Positions 1 through 13,764 of a stretch of DNA of 64,000 bases are shown piece after piece; the first letter of the stretch is position 1; every line of letters begins with the position of its first letter. The stretch comes from Octopus sinensis. Its lineage: Eukaryota. The notes under the pieces are model-generated. The model ran no database searches. It was not told where the DNA came from and was given only the letters and a program-made list of their open reading frames with translations. Made by a program: the position numbers and the translations under genes. The stretch is from the NCBI RefSeq assembly GCF_006345805.1, contig NC_043003.1:49662001-49726000 (forward strand), in the 5' to 3' direction.

Positions 1-790
1 TTTGCAACTTTCCTGGAAATATAGAAGCAGTGTTTATATCTGCATTGACAGCTTTTCCTGTCACTTTAAGTTTTGAATCCAATTCTAGATTTAAAGTTTT
101 TAAATCATTCTTTGCCTGCTAGAAATATTACGTTATCCTCTTTATATTAAATTCTTTAAATAAAGTAAACAGGCTGAGAGCTCCATATTGGTACATATTA
201 AAATCTGCTTCCAATTACAACCTTTAAACCAAATGACTAACAAATCGTCTGTCCCAATCATTATGGAGCATTGATTTGATGATGGATGCTTGACCATGTA
301 GACAAATTCTTACCTACATCACAGCATAATGATTATAGGACCAATATATTTTTGTATTGTTGACTCACCAATTACTAAGCCTTTTGCAATTTTTGACTCA
401 CTGTCCCATATTTGAATATTTTAACAATGTTGAGTTTGACATGTGAATTATAAATTTTTATTTTCTTTCCTTTTATCATATTGTGTAATGATTTTATCAT
501 TCTTATATTTGGACATGCCTCTAGGCCTTAAAGATATAAGTACAAATCTAATAAAAATCAAATGAAGCTAATTTTCCATGAGTGCTCACTCTGATGGCTC
601 TGAGGCTAATGTAGATCTATGTACCTGACGGCTGATACCTTTAATGATAAATACTTATGAGAAGTATTTAATGGAACAAAGTGGATATTTTCCTTCTTTC
701 ACTTGGCTTGCAAAATTTAAATTTTGCTAATTTTATGGGCAGAGAAATTAAATTTAAGTTAACCAAGTAATAACAACATATATAGAAATC

Positions 791-1226
791 AAAATCAAAT
801 TCGATGACTGGCATCTGTGTTAGTGGAGCACTAAAAGCACCATCTGAGTGTGATCACTGCCAGAGCAGCTAACTGGTTTCCATGGTGGTGGCACATAAAA
901 AGCACCATTTGAGCGTGATCATTACTAGCGTTGCCTTACTGGCACTTGTGCCAGTGCTGCTTGACTGGCTCCTGTGCAGGTGGCATATGAAAAACACCAT
1001 TTGAGTGTGGCCATTGCCGGTAGCGCTTGACTGGCCCTCATGCCAGTGACATGTAAAAGGACCCACTACACTCTCGGAGTGGTTGGCATTAGGATGGGCA
1101 TCCAGCTGTTGAAACTCTGCCAGATCAGATTGGAGCCTGGTGCAGCCATCTGGTTCACCAGTCCTCAGTCAAATCGTCCAACCCATGCTAGCATGGAAAG
1201 CGGACGTTAAACGATGATGATGATGG

Positions 1227-1260
<34 letters not shown>
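791..1260 (+). mobile_element. RTE-type LINE 3' UTR fragment with (GAT)n tail
   Basis: Ends ...GCATGGAAAGCGGACGTTAAACGATGATGAT...; contains AGGATGGGCATCCAGCTGT and internal subrepeats. The same sequence family lies next to RTE coding sequence at 7700-8370. Confidence 0.75.
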
Positions 1261-1880
1261 AGATACATATTAGTGGTGAACAGTGAGAATGTGTACTCAT
1301 TGCAGTATTGGCAGATAAATACTTTGGCACTACCTTAGGTTTCATGCATTTTAATTCATAATTTTCAAGAGTTCACTAAAAAATTATGAGAAACAGTCTC
1401 TATGTTTGATTTGATCACATGAAATTTCACAAGACTTCGTTTCCTGTTGGGTGGTGAAAAGAAATCGAAAATACACTGATAAGGGTGAAGTAAATATCTA
1501 AGGATTTTGGCTATTGATATTTGTTTGGTATTAATCTTAAAACAAGTTCTAAAATATTTGTCTATATTATCTTTTATCTTTTACTTGTTTGAGTTATAAC
1601 ATTGTGACCTTGCTGAGGCACCGTCTTTAATTTTGAATCCAGTGAATTGACTCCAGTACTTATTTTTTAAGCCTGGTACTTATTTTATTGGTCTCTTTTG
1701 CCAAACCACTAAGTTATGGGGACACCAAAATACCAACAATGCTTATCAAGTGGTGTGTGTGAGAGGTACAAAAACACAGCTATAAAGACACAGAGCATAG
1801 ATTTATAAACAGACTTCAGAAACGTAACTACATGTGGGCCCTGGCGATTTTCCTTCTCCTTTGCACTTTTCCCTTTCTCC

Positions 1881-1913
1881 TTTCTGATGAAGAGCTATGC
1901 CCAAAACATTAAA
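1881..1913 (+). ncRNA. Degenerate minimal type I hammerhead ribozyme motif
   Basis: ttt-CTGATGA-a-gagc-tat-gccc-AAAAC-ATT-aaa. G12 and G16.2 are substituted, so it is probably inactive. Confidence 0.4.
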
Positions 1914-2024
1914 AAGCATCTCCTTTCAGAGAGCATCAAGCTATTACAATTCTTGAGCATATCTTTATGTTTTTTTTCATTTTTCTTTTTTCCATTTTTT
2001 TCATTTTTTGAATTGACTACAGGT

Positions 2025-2329
2025 GCAGGAGTAGCTGTATGGTAAGTAGCTGGCTTCCCAACTACATGGTGCCAGGTTCAGTCCCACTGCATGACACCTT
2101 GGCCAAGTGTCTTCTACTATAGCCTTGGGCTGACTAAAGCCCTGTGAGTGGATTTGGTAGGCGGAAACTGAAAAAAGCCCCTGTATATATATATATATAT
2201 TATATATATATATATATATGTATATTCTAGCAAAAACTGTCTGACGAACGGGAACGTAAAACTCAGAGTAACAGGTTTTGTTGAATTTTCTGCTGCTTTT
2301 AAATAAAGTATATATATATATGTATATAA

Positions 2330-2406
<77 letters not shown>

Positions 2407-2648
2407 CATACATACATATATAAATATATATGGGGGGTGTATTTGTGTGTCTGTGTCTGTCATCCCTCCATTGCTTGACAACCAAGTTCGGAGTGTTTAC
2501 ATACCCATAACTTAGCAGTTCGGCAAAAGAGACCAACAGAATAAGTACCAGGCCTACAAAGAATAAGTCTTGGGGTCAATTTGTTCGACTACAGGTGGTC
2601 TCCAGCATGGCCACAGTCAAATGACTGAAACATGTAAAAGAGTAAAAG
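2025..2648 (+). mobile_element. tRNA-derived CORE-type SINE (octopus OR-like) with expanded internal microsatellite and a nested insertion
   Basis: Head GCAGGAGTAGCTGTATGGTAAG...GGTTCAGTCCCACTG, CORE-like ACCTTGGCCAAGTGTC, tail CAGTCAAATGACTGAAACA..TAAAAGAGTAAAAG. About 15 related copies occur in the window. Confidence 0.8.
2237..2274 (+). ncRNA. Minimal type I hammerhead motif with one core substitution
   Basis: ctgt-CTGACGA-acg-ggaa-cgt-AAAA-CT-cag-AG-TA-acag. Stems I, II (GNRA loop) and III all pair; G12 is changed to A. Confidence 0.6.
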
Positions 2649-2789
2649 AATATATATATGACAGGCTTCTTTCAGTTTCCATCCATCAAATCCACTCAGA
2701 AGGCTTTGTGTATATCTTTCTGTACTATTGGCAGTTTATGGTGCATATGATTGTGCCTATGAATCTTAGACATGTAGGTATTTTTGAGA

Positions 2790-2980
2790 ATCATAGATAG
2801 CCAGTTAGCTCCTGCTTTGGCATCTCTTTCTTGAGGTTCAAGCTCCTGATATCAACCTTCACCTCTTCGTCTTGTGTTTTCCAGGGTCTTCCTCTTCTGT
2901 AATCTCCATTCACATTAACTCTTTTATATTGTTCTCCACATCTATATGAATCACATGTCCATGTTAGTGGAATCTTGCAC
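2790..2980 (-). pseudogene. RTE LINE ORF C-terminal fragment
   Basis: Translation ...VNVNGDYRRGRPWKTQDEEVKVDIRSLNL matches the RTE C-terminal RGRPRKTW.E.VK.D motif. Confidence 0.65.
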
Positions 2981-3203
2981 ACTACATCCGATTGTTTAAT
3001 CCAAGTTTTTTTCCCAACGCATTGTACTTTGTCATTCATGCACGTTTACGCTGTGCATACAGCGGAGTATTTTAGCTTCTTTTCTTTCCGGGTTTCTCAA
3101 AACCTCTACAATCAAATCCCATACATACATATATCATCATCATCATCACGGACGCTAAACGATGATGATGATGATGATGATATCTTTATATTGATATATA
3201 TTT

Positions 3204-3243
<40 letters not shown>

Positions 3244-3401
3244 AAATATATATATATATATGCATGTATGTTTGTACATATAAGTATATATGTGTGTGTA
3301 TGCATACATGTATATACATATATATATATATGCATGCATTTCTGTGTACATATGTATAAATCCATATACATGTATATAATCAGATATAGGCATATGTGTA
3401 A

Positions 3402-3437
<36 letters not shown>

Positions 3438-3596
3438 CCACACACATATATATGTCCATATATATATATATATGTAGTATATGCATATATATGCATATGT
3501 ATATATAAATGTACACACACACATATATATGCACACACACATGTATATGTAGGTATATATGCATATATATACATATATATGTACATATACATGTGT

Positions 3597-3630
<34 letters not shown>

Positions 3631-4099
3631 TACTACACACATAGACACATGCATGAAACCTGAAGAAGAAAGTTAATTAGATAGAGAGATACAGAGATCT
3701 TGCAGTAAAGTAAATTTCTTTTCTAGTAATTATTTCGTTCCCATCCCCGACCATTATCCAGCTACTTAGTATTTTCCTATCTTTATTTTATGGCAATATT
3801 TGAAGTGAGCAACAAGCTTTATTAAATATAAAGCCATAAATGTACGGCTTCGGTGGAAGTGGTTTTGGCATTGGTGATGACGATGGTGGCGGCATTGGTG
3901 GTGGTGGTGGTGGTGGTGGTGGCGGGTGGAGAAGGGGGTGGGAGGGGGAGGGGTTGGTTGAAGGTATAATAGTAGCAACTATTGCAATGAACATTGTCTT
4001 TTTTTGCGGCCACAAGGGAAACAAAATCAAAACATTAAATGAAAAAGAATGCAATAAACACAATATTCCAATAAATGCACATGATCAGAAAAGAATATA

Positions 4100-4100
4100 A

Positions 4101-4155
<55 letters not shown>

Positions 4156-4247
4156 GTATATATATAAATCCATACATGCATCATGTCCACACACACACAC
4201 ATATATATATGTACATTTATGTATTTATATCTCCATATGTATATATG

Positions 4248-4279
<32 letters not shown>

Positions 4280-4527
4280 CATCTATATATATATATGTAT
4301 GCATATATATCTATATGTATGTATGCATCTACTTATATATATATATATATATACATATATGTGTGTGTATATATATTTGTATATATATATATATGCATAT
4401 ATACATATCATCATCATCATCGTTTAATGTCCGTTCTCCATGCTAGCATAGGTTGGACGGTAAATATATGTATATATATATGTTGTATGTAAATATATAT
4501 GTATGTATATATATATATGATATATGT

Positions 4528-4594
<67 letters not shown>

Positions 4595-4629
4595 ATATAT
4601 ATATATGTATATATATATACATATGAGTT

Positions 4630-4683
<54 letters not shown>

Positions 4684-4723
4684 CGTATATATATATATGT
4701 ATGTATATATATATTTGTGTATG

Positions 4724-4793
<70 letters not shown>

Positions 4794-4830
4794 CATATGA
4801 GTTTATATATATATATATATGTAAGTATGT
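4100..4830. repeat. Compound (TA)n/(TATG)n/(TG)n microsatellite block
   Basis: Directly visible; it generates the YIYIY ORFs. Confidence 0.95.
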
Positions 4831-4919
4831 CGTGCTTTTGCATTTTTGTTTTAGATTTTGTCAACCACACAGTATAGTAGGCTTAGTTGGGCAGTGTCTG
4901 TGAGAAAAACAGCACCACT

Positions 4920-5930
4920 ATGCAATTTGTTCTGCCAGAAATTTGGAAACAATATGCTGTGTGTTTGGCATTTGTACTGGAAGCTCCAATACGAATATTT
5001 GAGAGTGTTTGGATGTCAATCTGAGGAAAGTGCAGAAGATTCAGAAAGAGTTGGATGAGTCTAATGGCGATTATGAAGCTCGGAAAACTCACTCTGATCA
5101 TTCTGATGAGAAAAGAACTCCTGATTTTGTTGGTGAGATCCAGACCATGATTGATATCAATCTCCCTAAGACAATCAGGTCCATCGCCAGAGACATAGGA
5201 ATGTCTGAGTTTCTTATTAGGCAGATAGTGCTGGAAGACATTCAGTATTACTCATACAAGATGGGAAAGGGCCAGTTTTTATCCCAAGCCACCAAGGACA
5301 TGAGGAAAGACTGCTCTACAAAGCTTTTGAACAAACTCAAATATCCCCTCCAACAAAACATGCTTTGGTTTTTCTCAAACAAGAAATGTTTCTACCAGGA
5401 TCAGATGTTGAACACAATCGTTGGCTTTCCATGTCCCCAAAACATGTACTAGGGGTAATAAAAATGAAACAACCAATGAACATCATGGTGTTTGCAGTTA
5501 TCACTAGTGATGGCAAAGTTATATCTCCATTCATCTTCCTATATGGCCTCAGACTCAACATGGAGGCTTACATCAAGTGCCTGGAGAAGGTAGTGCTGCC
5601 TTGGGTCTAGAGGGTGGCTGCTGGAGGACCCTATGTCTGGCAACAGGACTCTGAACCATGCTACACAAGCAGAAAAAACCAGTCATGAATGTCAGACAAT
5701 TTCTACAACCACATCACCCCTAACATCTGGCCATCTAACTCCCCAGGATGCAACTCCCTTGGTTATTATGTGTGGGATGCAGTTAAGTGAGAGACCAACA
5801 AAACTCCTTGTAACACCAAAGATGAACTGACGGCAAGGATTATGGCAGCATTAACTAACTTAAACAAGGAGACTAACCAGAAGAGTTGCAGGAGATTCCG
5901 AAGTCACTGGAGGCCATGGCTGAAGCCAAT
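4920..5930 (+). mobile_element. Decayed Tc1/mariner transposase, DD37D (maT/mori-like)
   Basis: HTH-like IRSIARDIGMSEFLIRQIV; WFFSNKK; MVFAVITSDG; YVWQQDSEPCYTS...IWPSNSPGCNSLGYYVW, with 37 residues between the second D and the mutated third D (now G). Stops and frameshifts are present. Confidence 0.85.
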
Positions 5931-6929
5931 TATGAATCCACCCCATCATAGAGGAGAAACAACTGTTAGCCAATGAAGTTCACAAGATAGCTATCGTTTT
6001 TCCAGTGTCACCTCTTTTTTCTAATACACATTCATTTCTCATAATACTGTATTACAACGCATTTGAAGCAAAACTTCCAATTCATTGTCAATTTTTTCAT
6101 TTTAAATAAATGTATTTTTGACTCTATATCACATGTTGGGTCCTTTCTGAGGCAATATTTGTAAATTTTAGAAATTAATTAATTACTAATTAAGAACATG
6201 TAATTAGTACGCCAATAAATGTGTACGTGTGTTTGCAAATGTGTGTGTGTTTGTGTGTGTATGAATATCTACTAGTATAAAGTTGACTGATTTTTCTTTG
6301 TCACAAATCACTACTAATAAGAGTGATCAGTCCTCCAGATTTGACATTTTCCAACAGAATCCTATAATTGAACTGGAACACATAAAGTTTTGTGCCCTAC
6401 TCAGAAAAAGCTAAATTCTTGCAGTAGATTTGAATATGCATTCCAAGAATTGGTAGTTTGGTACCTTATTCAACAGGCCACTTAGCTGGAAGTTATTATT
6501 TCAGCTAACAGCAAAAAATTTTGTCATCTGTGTAACTGCCAGAACAAAATGCATATAAGCATAGTAATGTCACATGGACACATAACGAAGGAGATCTGCA
6601 ATGGTACATGTAATATAAGTTGCCTATGATCTATTAGGTATGCATCATTAACTTATATGAGAAGTTGAAAGAACAGAAATGAGCTGAGAAGGCAGTGGAG
6701 CATCAAAAGTATCAGCCTAGAAACAGCTAAAAATTAGGCAGAGCTGTGATCAAATGTGATCTAGCTGTGACTATATGAACACCATATTTTTTTAAGGTGT
6801 AATATATCTAACACTATACTATCCAAGCTCTCTGAAAGTATGATATACCTATAGTATGCTAAAAGTATATTGAAAGTATGACATACCTATAGTGGTGTAG
6901 GAAATCAAAGGATCAGTTTTATATATATA

Positions 6930-7524
6930 TCTATAATAATAAATGTGAAATTCCATCTGTCCATCTGGGACCTCTGTATCTCAGTCTACACCTGCTCTAC
7001 ATGGACATATTATACCTTTTTTGGAATCAAGATGATCCTGGGATTGAAAATATGCCCTTCATTTGGTTCTTGAATGTCCAGCATTAGGATCAGGTCTGGA
7101 TGAGGATTTGTTATATACTAACAGTTGAAAATTACATACATATTTTTTTGTTGATGTATTTACATACATATTTAATGCTTTTTATAGAGTTGCATGACTC
7201 AACATTAACATAGGCCTGCAATGTTCTTGACAGCAATGGATTGTAGGGCACAATCCACCTGTTGTAACTTTCCATCCCTTGACCATTAACTTTGAGCTTG
7301 GTAGTGTTTCCGCCATCTTCTGATTTTCAGCACCTGGAGAGTGGGTAACCATGATGTCCCATATGTGCCTCATGGATGAATTCCCTAGGGAACCATTTGA
7401 TGCAAAGGAAAATGAATTGGCTATTGGCTGTTAAAGGAAAGTATATGTGAGTTATATATGTGGACCTCTTCTAGGGACCCTAGCCATCCAATTATAGATT
7501 TTTATTAAACTTTAATTAGCCTAG
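6930..7524 (+). mobile_element. Possible non-autonomous Helitron-like repeat
   Basis: Starts A|TCTATAATAATAAATG and a CTAG|T occurs at 7521-7525, but there is no clear subterminal hairpin. Confidence 0.3.
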
Positions 7525-7699
7525 TAATAAACTGGATGCTACTTTAACATGTTTGCAAAGTTTCACGAAAATTCGTTAACAGGTGTAGACGGCAACTTGA
7601 CGCAAACAGACATCCAAACAGACTACTTGCATTTATATATGTATAAATATATATCAAAGAAATTTAGTTTACCACAAGATCTATATATCTGTATCAAAT

Positions 7700-8370
7700 T
7701 AACTCTTAGGTGCATATTGCCAAAGGTCTCAGTCATTTGTCATTGCCTCCATAAGGCCCAGTATTTGATAGGTGCTTTTTACATGCCACTAGCATGGATA
7801 CCAGTGACATGACACTGACAACGGCCACAACTCTGATTTCACTTGGCTTGATGGGTCTTCTCAAGCACAGCACATCGCTGAAGGTCTCAGTCACTTATCA
7901 TCACCTCTGTGAAACCCAATGTTCAAAAATCATGCATCACCACCTCATCCCATGTCTTCCAAGGTCTCCAAATTCTACAGCCCACTTCCACTGATAGAGA
8001 TCAGCTCTTCTCTATTCAGCTGTCTATATTCCATATACATCACATGTCCATACCAATGCAGTCATACCTCTTGCACACCACATCTGATGCCTCTTATGCC
8101 CACCTTTTCTCTCAAGACATTTACATTCAGTCTAACATGCACACTAATGTTGCACACCCAGCGAATCATACTGGCTTCATTTCTTTCAAATCTATGCATG
8201 TCTTTAGCAGTCACAGCCCATGTTTCACCACCATGTAGCATGGCTGTTCACACACAGGCATCATACAATCTGCTTTTCATTCTAAGTGGGAGGTCCTTTT
8301 GTTACCAACAAAGGTAGGCGCTCTCTTGAACTTTGCCCAAACTTTTCTTATCTCAGATGCACAAACATAT
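7700..8370 (-). mobile_element. 5'-truncated RTE LINE (end of RT, C-terminus and start of 3' UTR)
   Basis: Minus-strand translation with frameshifts: WAKFK...RLYDACV.TAMLHGGETWAVTAKDMHRFERNEASMIRWVCN...LREKVGIRGIRCGVQE..LHWYGHVM...RPWKTWDEVV. Confidence 0.85.
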
Positions 8371-8572
8371 ATATGTGTGTCTGTGCATAAATATATGTAT
8401 ACATACGTACACACACACATATACATATATGCATACATGCGTATAATAATGTGTCTCTGTATCATTTAATATCTGTTTTCCATCATATGTGTGTATGTAT
8501 AACATTGTTAGATGGTGATGTGTGTTAGTGTATGTGAATATACATATATATATACACACACATATATGTATG

Positions 8573-8608
<36 letters not shown>

Positions 8609-9462
8609 GTATCTGTTTATCTCTTTGTGCCTGTGTATATATATATATGTATATATATAAATATACATACATATATATATATATATATAATATATATATA
8701 TATATATGTAAAGAGAAGTGTTCAGGTTAGATCTAAGAATGCTATGCCTCACAGGATTGAAAAAGAGTGCTAATGTACAAAACTGCAGAAACATCCAATC
8801 AATGCTGGTATGATGAGAGATAAATGTAATACAAAACAAAACAAAACAACGAAAAATAAAAATAAAAAAATCTTACATATTAAAACTGAGGTTGATGATG
8901 ATGATGATAACAATGATGATGATGATGATGACGACGACGACAATAATAATTATAGGAAACGGGGAAGAAAATAACAAAACAAACAAACAAACAAATGCAA
9001 AAAAGATTAAATCTCATGACATGATAGATCTATGCTTGCTTGAAAAGCTGGTTGCCAAAATGATGCCACAGTAGGTGTCAGCTTCAGTTTAGCAAACTAA
9101 CTGCTTGGCTGGTTGCTTAGTGGTCATCATTGATCTGCCAGTGTGATTGCAACACAAACTTTCAGGTGTTCCAGCTGATAAATTTGGCATCAAATGTGAG
9201 ATGTTATCGTTTGGCTTCAGGCATGTTCTACTACGTGGTCGCTCTCTTTCTTTTTTTTTTTTTTTTTTTACTTTCCTTGCTTCCTTTCACTTCCACCCCA
9301 CCCCCAACCTTTGCTTTCCCTTTTAATGTACAAACACGTCTACACCCCATCATACACAGAGGTATAAAGATATATACATATGCAAACGCAAATATATCTA
9401 TATATGCATATATGTATATATGTATACATATAGTACATATACAATGTGCGTGTGTGTGCATG

Positions 9463-9495
<33 letters not shown>

Positions 9496-9727
9496 AGCAT
9501 GGAAAATGGAGGTTAAATGATGATGATATATATATATATATATATGGAAACAGGCATCTGTCACTTTTTCTCTATATATATATACATGTATATGCATACA
9601 TGTGCATATCTAGGCATATATATATATATACACATAAATCACACAAATCTGTATATATATATATACTTATATATAATTGATAGTTGGAGTCATACATATA
9701 TACACCCATAGACAGACAGACAGACAG

Positions 9728-9774
<47 letters not shown>

Positions 9775-10227
9775 GCAATGTGCACACATGCACATACTCA
9801 TACATAAAGACAGATACGCACACATACATCTATACCACGCTCAACAGTTTGGGCTAATGAATTAGAAAATCAAGCAATAACTCTTTCTGTGCATTTCTTG
9901 AAACTTTATATATGCCTCTTACAGTGGCTCTGTGGGAGCCTGTAGTGGCCTGCAGTGATCACGAACAATTATTGACCTGTCTTAATTGATTTTTTATTCC
10001 ATCCGTCATTGTTTTAATGATGAAATGTTAGTTTAGTTCCTTTTGCGTCCATTTGGAACAAAACAGTCTTCATTTCATTTGGTCTGCATTTCATCACTTG
10101 ATAGCATTTCATACAATACAGCTTCTTTTTCCAGTTGCTATTTATCCCCAGGTCAGCTACTTTTCAAGCAATCCTATGATCAATAAGCATTATACCCATG
10201 TCTATCCAATTTTTTGCTTTCCTCTTT

Positions 10228-10272
<45 letters not shown>

Positions 10273-10527
10273 TATGTATATATAAAAAACAGACTGAAGT
10301 TAGGCAATGCTTAGCATGGTTGTGTGGTAAGAAACTTTCTTTGCAACTAGATGATCTCATGTTCAAGTTCATTGTAAGTCACCTTGAGCAAGTGACTTCT
10401 GATTCTGCGATGGGTCAACTGACACAAATCTTGTCAGGTATTCACTGGTTTTAACAACTTTGCCAATTAGCTGCCTTCATATAGATATTACTATATTACT
10501 TTCTATTTACTGTTCCACTAAAGTAAG

Positions 10528-10835
10528 ATGAGGAGGCGCAATGGCCCAGTGGTTAGGGCAACGGACTCGCGGTTTCGATTCCCAGACCAGGCGTTGTGTG
10601 TGTTTGTTGAGCAAAAACACCTAAAGCTCCATGAGGCTCCAGCAGCGGGTGGTGGCAACCCCTGTTGTACTTTTTTGCCCCAACTTTCTCTCACTCTCTC
10701 TTCCTGTTTCTTGAGTAACGCTGCGATGGACTGGTGTCCCGTTCAGCTGGGGTGGGAGAACACATACACCACAGAAACCAGAAAACCGGGCCCATGAGCC
10801 TGGCTAGGCTTGAAAAGTGCAACATAAATAAATAA
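10528..10835 (+). mobile_element. tRNA-derived SINE with V-domain-like segment
   Basis: A box TGGCCCAGTGG, B-box-like GGTTTCGATTCCC, CTGCGATGGACTGGTGTCCCGTTCAG (resembles the V-SINE domain), (TAAA)n tail. Confidence 0.7.
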
Positions 10836-10915
10836 ATAAAAAAGTAAGATCAACAAAAACAGTACTCCATCCAGCATGAGATAAAAAGAATTTAGTATAT
10901 AAATATAATTTAATG

Positions 10916-11090
10916 TAAAGAAAACAGAAAATGGAGAAATATAGATGAACAGCAATTGACTTACATCAATTATTATTTATTAATTCAATACAAATAGACT
11001 GCATTCCATCTATTGTATTGAATTGATAAATAATAATTGATGTACATCAATTGTTGTTGATCAATATTTCTCCATTTTCTGTTTTCTTTA
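10916..11090. repeat. Imperfect fold-back with ~82-bp arms
   Basis: TAAAGAAAACAGAAAATGGAGAAATA...AATAGA, then a 10-nt spacer, then TCTATT...TATTTCTCCATTTTCTGTTTTCTTTA. Confidence 0.8.
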
Positions 11091-11334
11091 AATTTTGATT
11101 CCAGATAAACTCACGTTTATATCTGTCTTTATCTATAATTTATGAGCATAATATGTTTGTATATGTATGCCCATGGTTAAACATAGGTAATATACCAGTA
11201 GTATAATGGATACTTCTATTCCTTACATGGTTATTTTAACCTCTAACTCAGCTAACCTATAATTTAATATATAAATATAATTTAGTATATAAATATAATT
11301 TAATATATGAATATACTTTAATATATAAGTAGGC

Positions 11335-11695
11335 AGTGGGGCTCTGAAAGGGGTCTCAGGGAGTAGCGTCCTTGCCTTCTTGAACTAGTTTTCCACCACT
11401 TTTCTTAAAAATCACGGTAGAGGCCTTGGTCTTGGGACCACTCATGTGTAGAAAATGAGGTTGCGGGTAAGCCAGAGCATGCTCCCCATAGAAAATCCAG
11501 CTCCAAAACAGCCTCATGATAGCAAAGGAGAATGAGTACCAGCCAGCCAGCCAGCCAGCCAGCCAGCCCAAAGGTTGGGGTGGGCTGCATCTGCCTACCT
11601 CTGTAGTTATGGCATTGAGGTAGATTTGGCCACCAACATTAATGGGGACAAAACCTAGATTTAAAACAGTGGATGATGATGATGATGATGATGAT
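11335..11695 (+). mobile_element. (GAT)n-tailed retroposon fragment with an inverted sibling at ~13310-13700
   Basis: Reverse-complement similarity to 13400-13700; (GAT)n tail at 11672-11695. Confidence 0.6.
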
Positions 11696-12482
11696 ATAAA
11701 TATAATTTAATATATAAATATAATTTAATGTACACAGTATAAAGATATGAGCTATTAACAGTTTCTTGCTTTGGGGATGCAGTTCTAGGCAGGTTTCTAT
11801 AATATACCTTGTGTCTCCAAGCAATCCTTGGGCTCTGAGCACATGGTCTGCTCAATTTGCAAATTGAACAGGCCCTGTGCTCAGAATCCTCATTTACAAA
11901 TTAAATAGACCAAGTGCTTAGAGCCTGAAGATAATTTAAAGACATAAGGAATGTTATAAAAACCTGCCTAGACGCATGTCTCCAATGCAAGAAACTATCA
12001 GTAGCTTACATATTTATACTGTGTACATCATCATCATCATTGTTTAACGTCCGCTTTCCATGCTGGCATGGGTTGGACGGTTTGATTGAGGACTGGCGAG
12101 CCAGATGGATGCACCAGGCTCAATATTTATATCTCTTGCTGGATGGAGTACATTTTTGTTGATCTTACTTTAATGGAACAGTAAACATAAAGTAATATCT
12201 AGATGAAGGCAACTAATTGGCAAAGTTATTAAAGCCATAGCAAATATCCTACAAGATTTTTATCAGATGTCTGCACTCTGAGTTCAAATCCTGCTAAAGT
12301 TACCATTGCTTTTCATCTCTCCAGGGTCACTAAATGATATTACACTTTGTATATTTTTCCCTTTTTAGAACACATCTCTACCTTTGTGTGTGCATTGTGC
12401 AACATTATACATTCACTAACAATCTGATTGACAACTATAACCTAGACAAGATTTGCTATCACGATGTAACATGTAAATAAAT

Positions 12483-12945
12483 CATCATCATCATCATCAT
12501 CATCGTTTAACGTCCGCTTTCCATGCTAGCATGGGTTGGACGATTTGACTGAAGTCTGTCAAACCAGATGGCTGCACCAGACTCCAATCTGATCTGGCAG
12601 AGTTTCTACAGCTGGATGCCATTCCTAACACCAACTCCAAGAGTGTAGTGGGTGCTTTTATGTGCCACCAGCATGAGGGCCAGTCATGCAGTACTGGTAA
12701 CTGCCACGCTCAAATGGTGCTTTTTTATGTACCACCTGCACAGAAGCCAGTCCATTGGCTCTGGCAATGACCTCGCTTGAATGTTTTTTCACGTGCCATC
12801 GGCGCAAGTGCCAGTAAGGTGACACAGGTAATGATCACGCTTGAATGGTTCTTTTTATGTGCCATCGGCATGGAGGCCAAACTTGTTGCTCTGGCAACGA
12901 TCACACTCATATGGTACTCTTAGAGCTCCAATAGCACGGATGCCA
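12483..12945 (-). mobile_element. RTE LINE 3' UTR fragment
   Basis: (CAT)n-CGTTTAACGTCCGCTTTCCATGCTAGC...CTACAGCTGGATGCC plus internal subrepeats. Confidence 0.75.
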
Positions 12946-13309
12946 GTCATCAAGTATAAATAACACACATGCAGGCCAACAAAATATATATTATGTATCA
13001 TTCAAACTTGTGAAGTGTAATACATAAACACAAACTAGATGACCAAGGATAATACATAGAATGAATTCCTCAAGTCAGGCAGACCATTTTAGATATAACA
13101 TAGACTGACTAAATGTAACAAGACTCACTTATCATAAATATAAAACAAATGATCAACATGACATATAAAAACTAATATTGTTGAACAACAGAAATGTATA
13201 TAATCTTCTGATTAAATATGGTAAACATTATCAGTCTGGTTGAGCAATATACCAGACAAGTCAGTAATGGAGTTTTATGTGGTCGTTTGACCCACTAGAA
13301 ATAATTGGT

Positions 13310-13320
13310 AAATCATCATT

Positions 13321-13373
<53 letters not shown>

Positions 13374-13700
13374 TATCATCATCATCATCCAGTGTTTTAA
13401 ATCTGGGTATTGTCGCCATTAATGGGTATGGCCAGATCTACCTCAATGCCATAGCAACTGAGGTAGACAAGTGCAGCCCACCCCAGCCTTTGGGTTGGTT
13501 GGTGCTCATTCTTCTTTGCTATGATGAGGCTTTTTGGGGGCTGGAATTTCTACAACGAGCATGCTCTTGCTTACTCCCAACCTCATTTTCTCGACATGAG
13601 TGGTTCCGAGACCAAGGCCTCTACCATGATTTTTAAGAAAGGTGGTGGGAAACTAGCTCAGGAAAGCAATGACGCTACTCTCTGAGACCCCTTTTGGAGA
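13310..13700 (-). mobile_element. (GAT)n-tailed retroposon fragment, sibling of 11335-11695
   Basis: (CAT)n run 13313-13389 followed by sequence similar in reverse complement to 11335-11660. Confidence 0.6.
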
Positions 13701-13764
13701 TCCCCTGTCTATATTCATATCACACCCTATTTGTTTGGATAAATAAAAGGAAGGTCACATTTTT

